In this document: positions 20,328 to 20,349 of the stretch, in pieces
Numbering within the stretch: the stretch's first letter is position 1
How the letters are laid out: each line of letters starts with the position of its first letter
Assembly: GCF_006345805.1 (NCBI RefSeq)
Contig: NW_021824005.1
Coordinates: 1 to 20,349 of the forward strand
Direction of reading: 5' to 3'
Length of the DNA: 20,349 bases
Origin: Octopus sinensis
Taxonomy: Eukaryota
Made by a program: the position numbers and the translations under genes
Notes under the pieces: generated by a model
The model's database searches: none
Seen by the model: only the letters and a program-made list of their open reading frames with translations
Told to the model about the DNA's origin: nothing

Positions 20328-20349
20328 TTTTAATGAATAATTGATGATA

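Overview
Repeat-saturated eukaryotic DNA, AT-rich and full of microsatellites. The SINE families look like those of Octopus; this is by recognition, not a database search. One host gene is supported on the + strand: a spliced STAND/NB-ARC (AP-ATPase type) NTPase. Three phase-compatible exons (12975-13154, 14660-15685, 16616-16772) give about 454 codons, with P-loop, kinase-2, RNBS-C, GLPL-like and winged-helix motifs followed by TPR-like helices. It has no N-terminal effector domain, and the last exon ends in a splice donor with no confident further exon in the window. Three type I hammerhead ribozyme motifs with palindromic stem III (Penelope/retrozyme type) lie on the + strand. One matches the full consensus (1072-1166); the other two (546-625 and 20011-20093) are diverged copies of one foldback element. 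The rest is mobile-element debris: tRNA-derived SINEs (two with clear TSDs), an LTR remnant with a tRNA-Trp PBS inserted in a 261-bp tandem repeat, an R4/Dong-like RT fragment, a deleted mariner, a 593-bp palindrome, a decayed Gypsy pol, a Helitron with both termini and a duplicated 5' end, a second Helitron helicase fragment and a CR1/L2-group LINE 3' end. All alignments and folds were done by eye.
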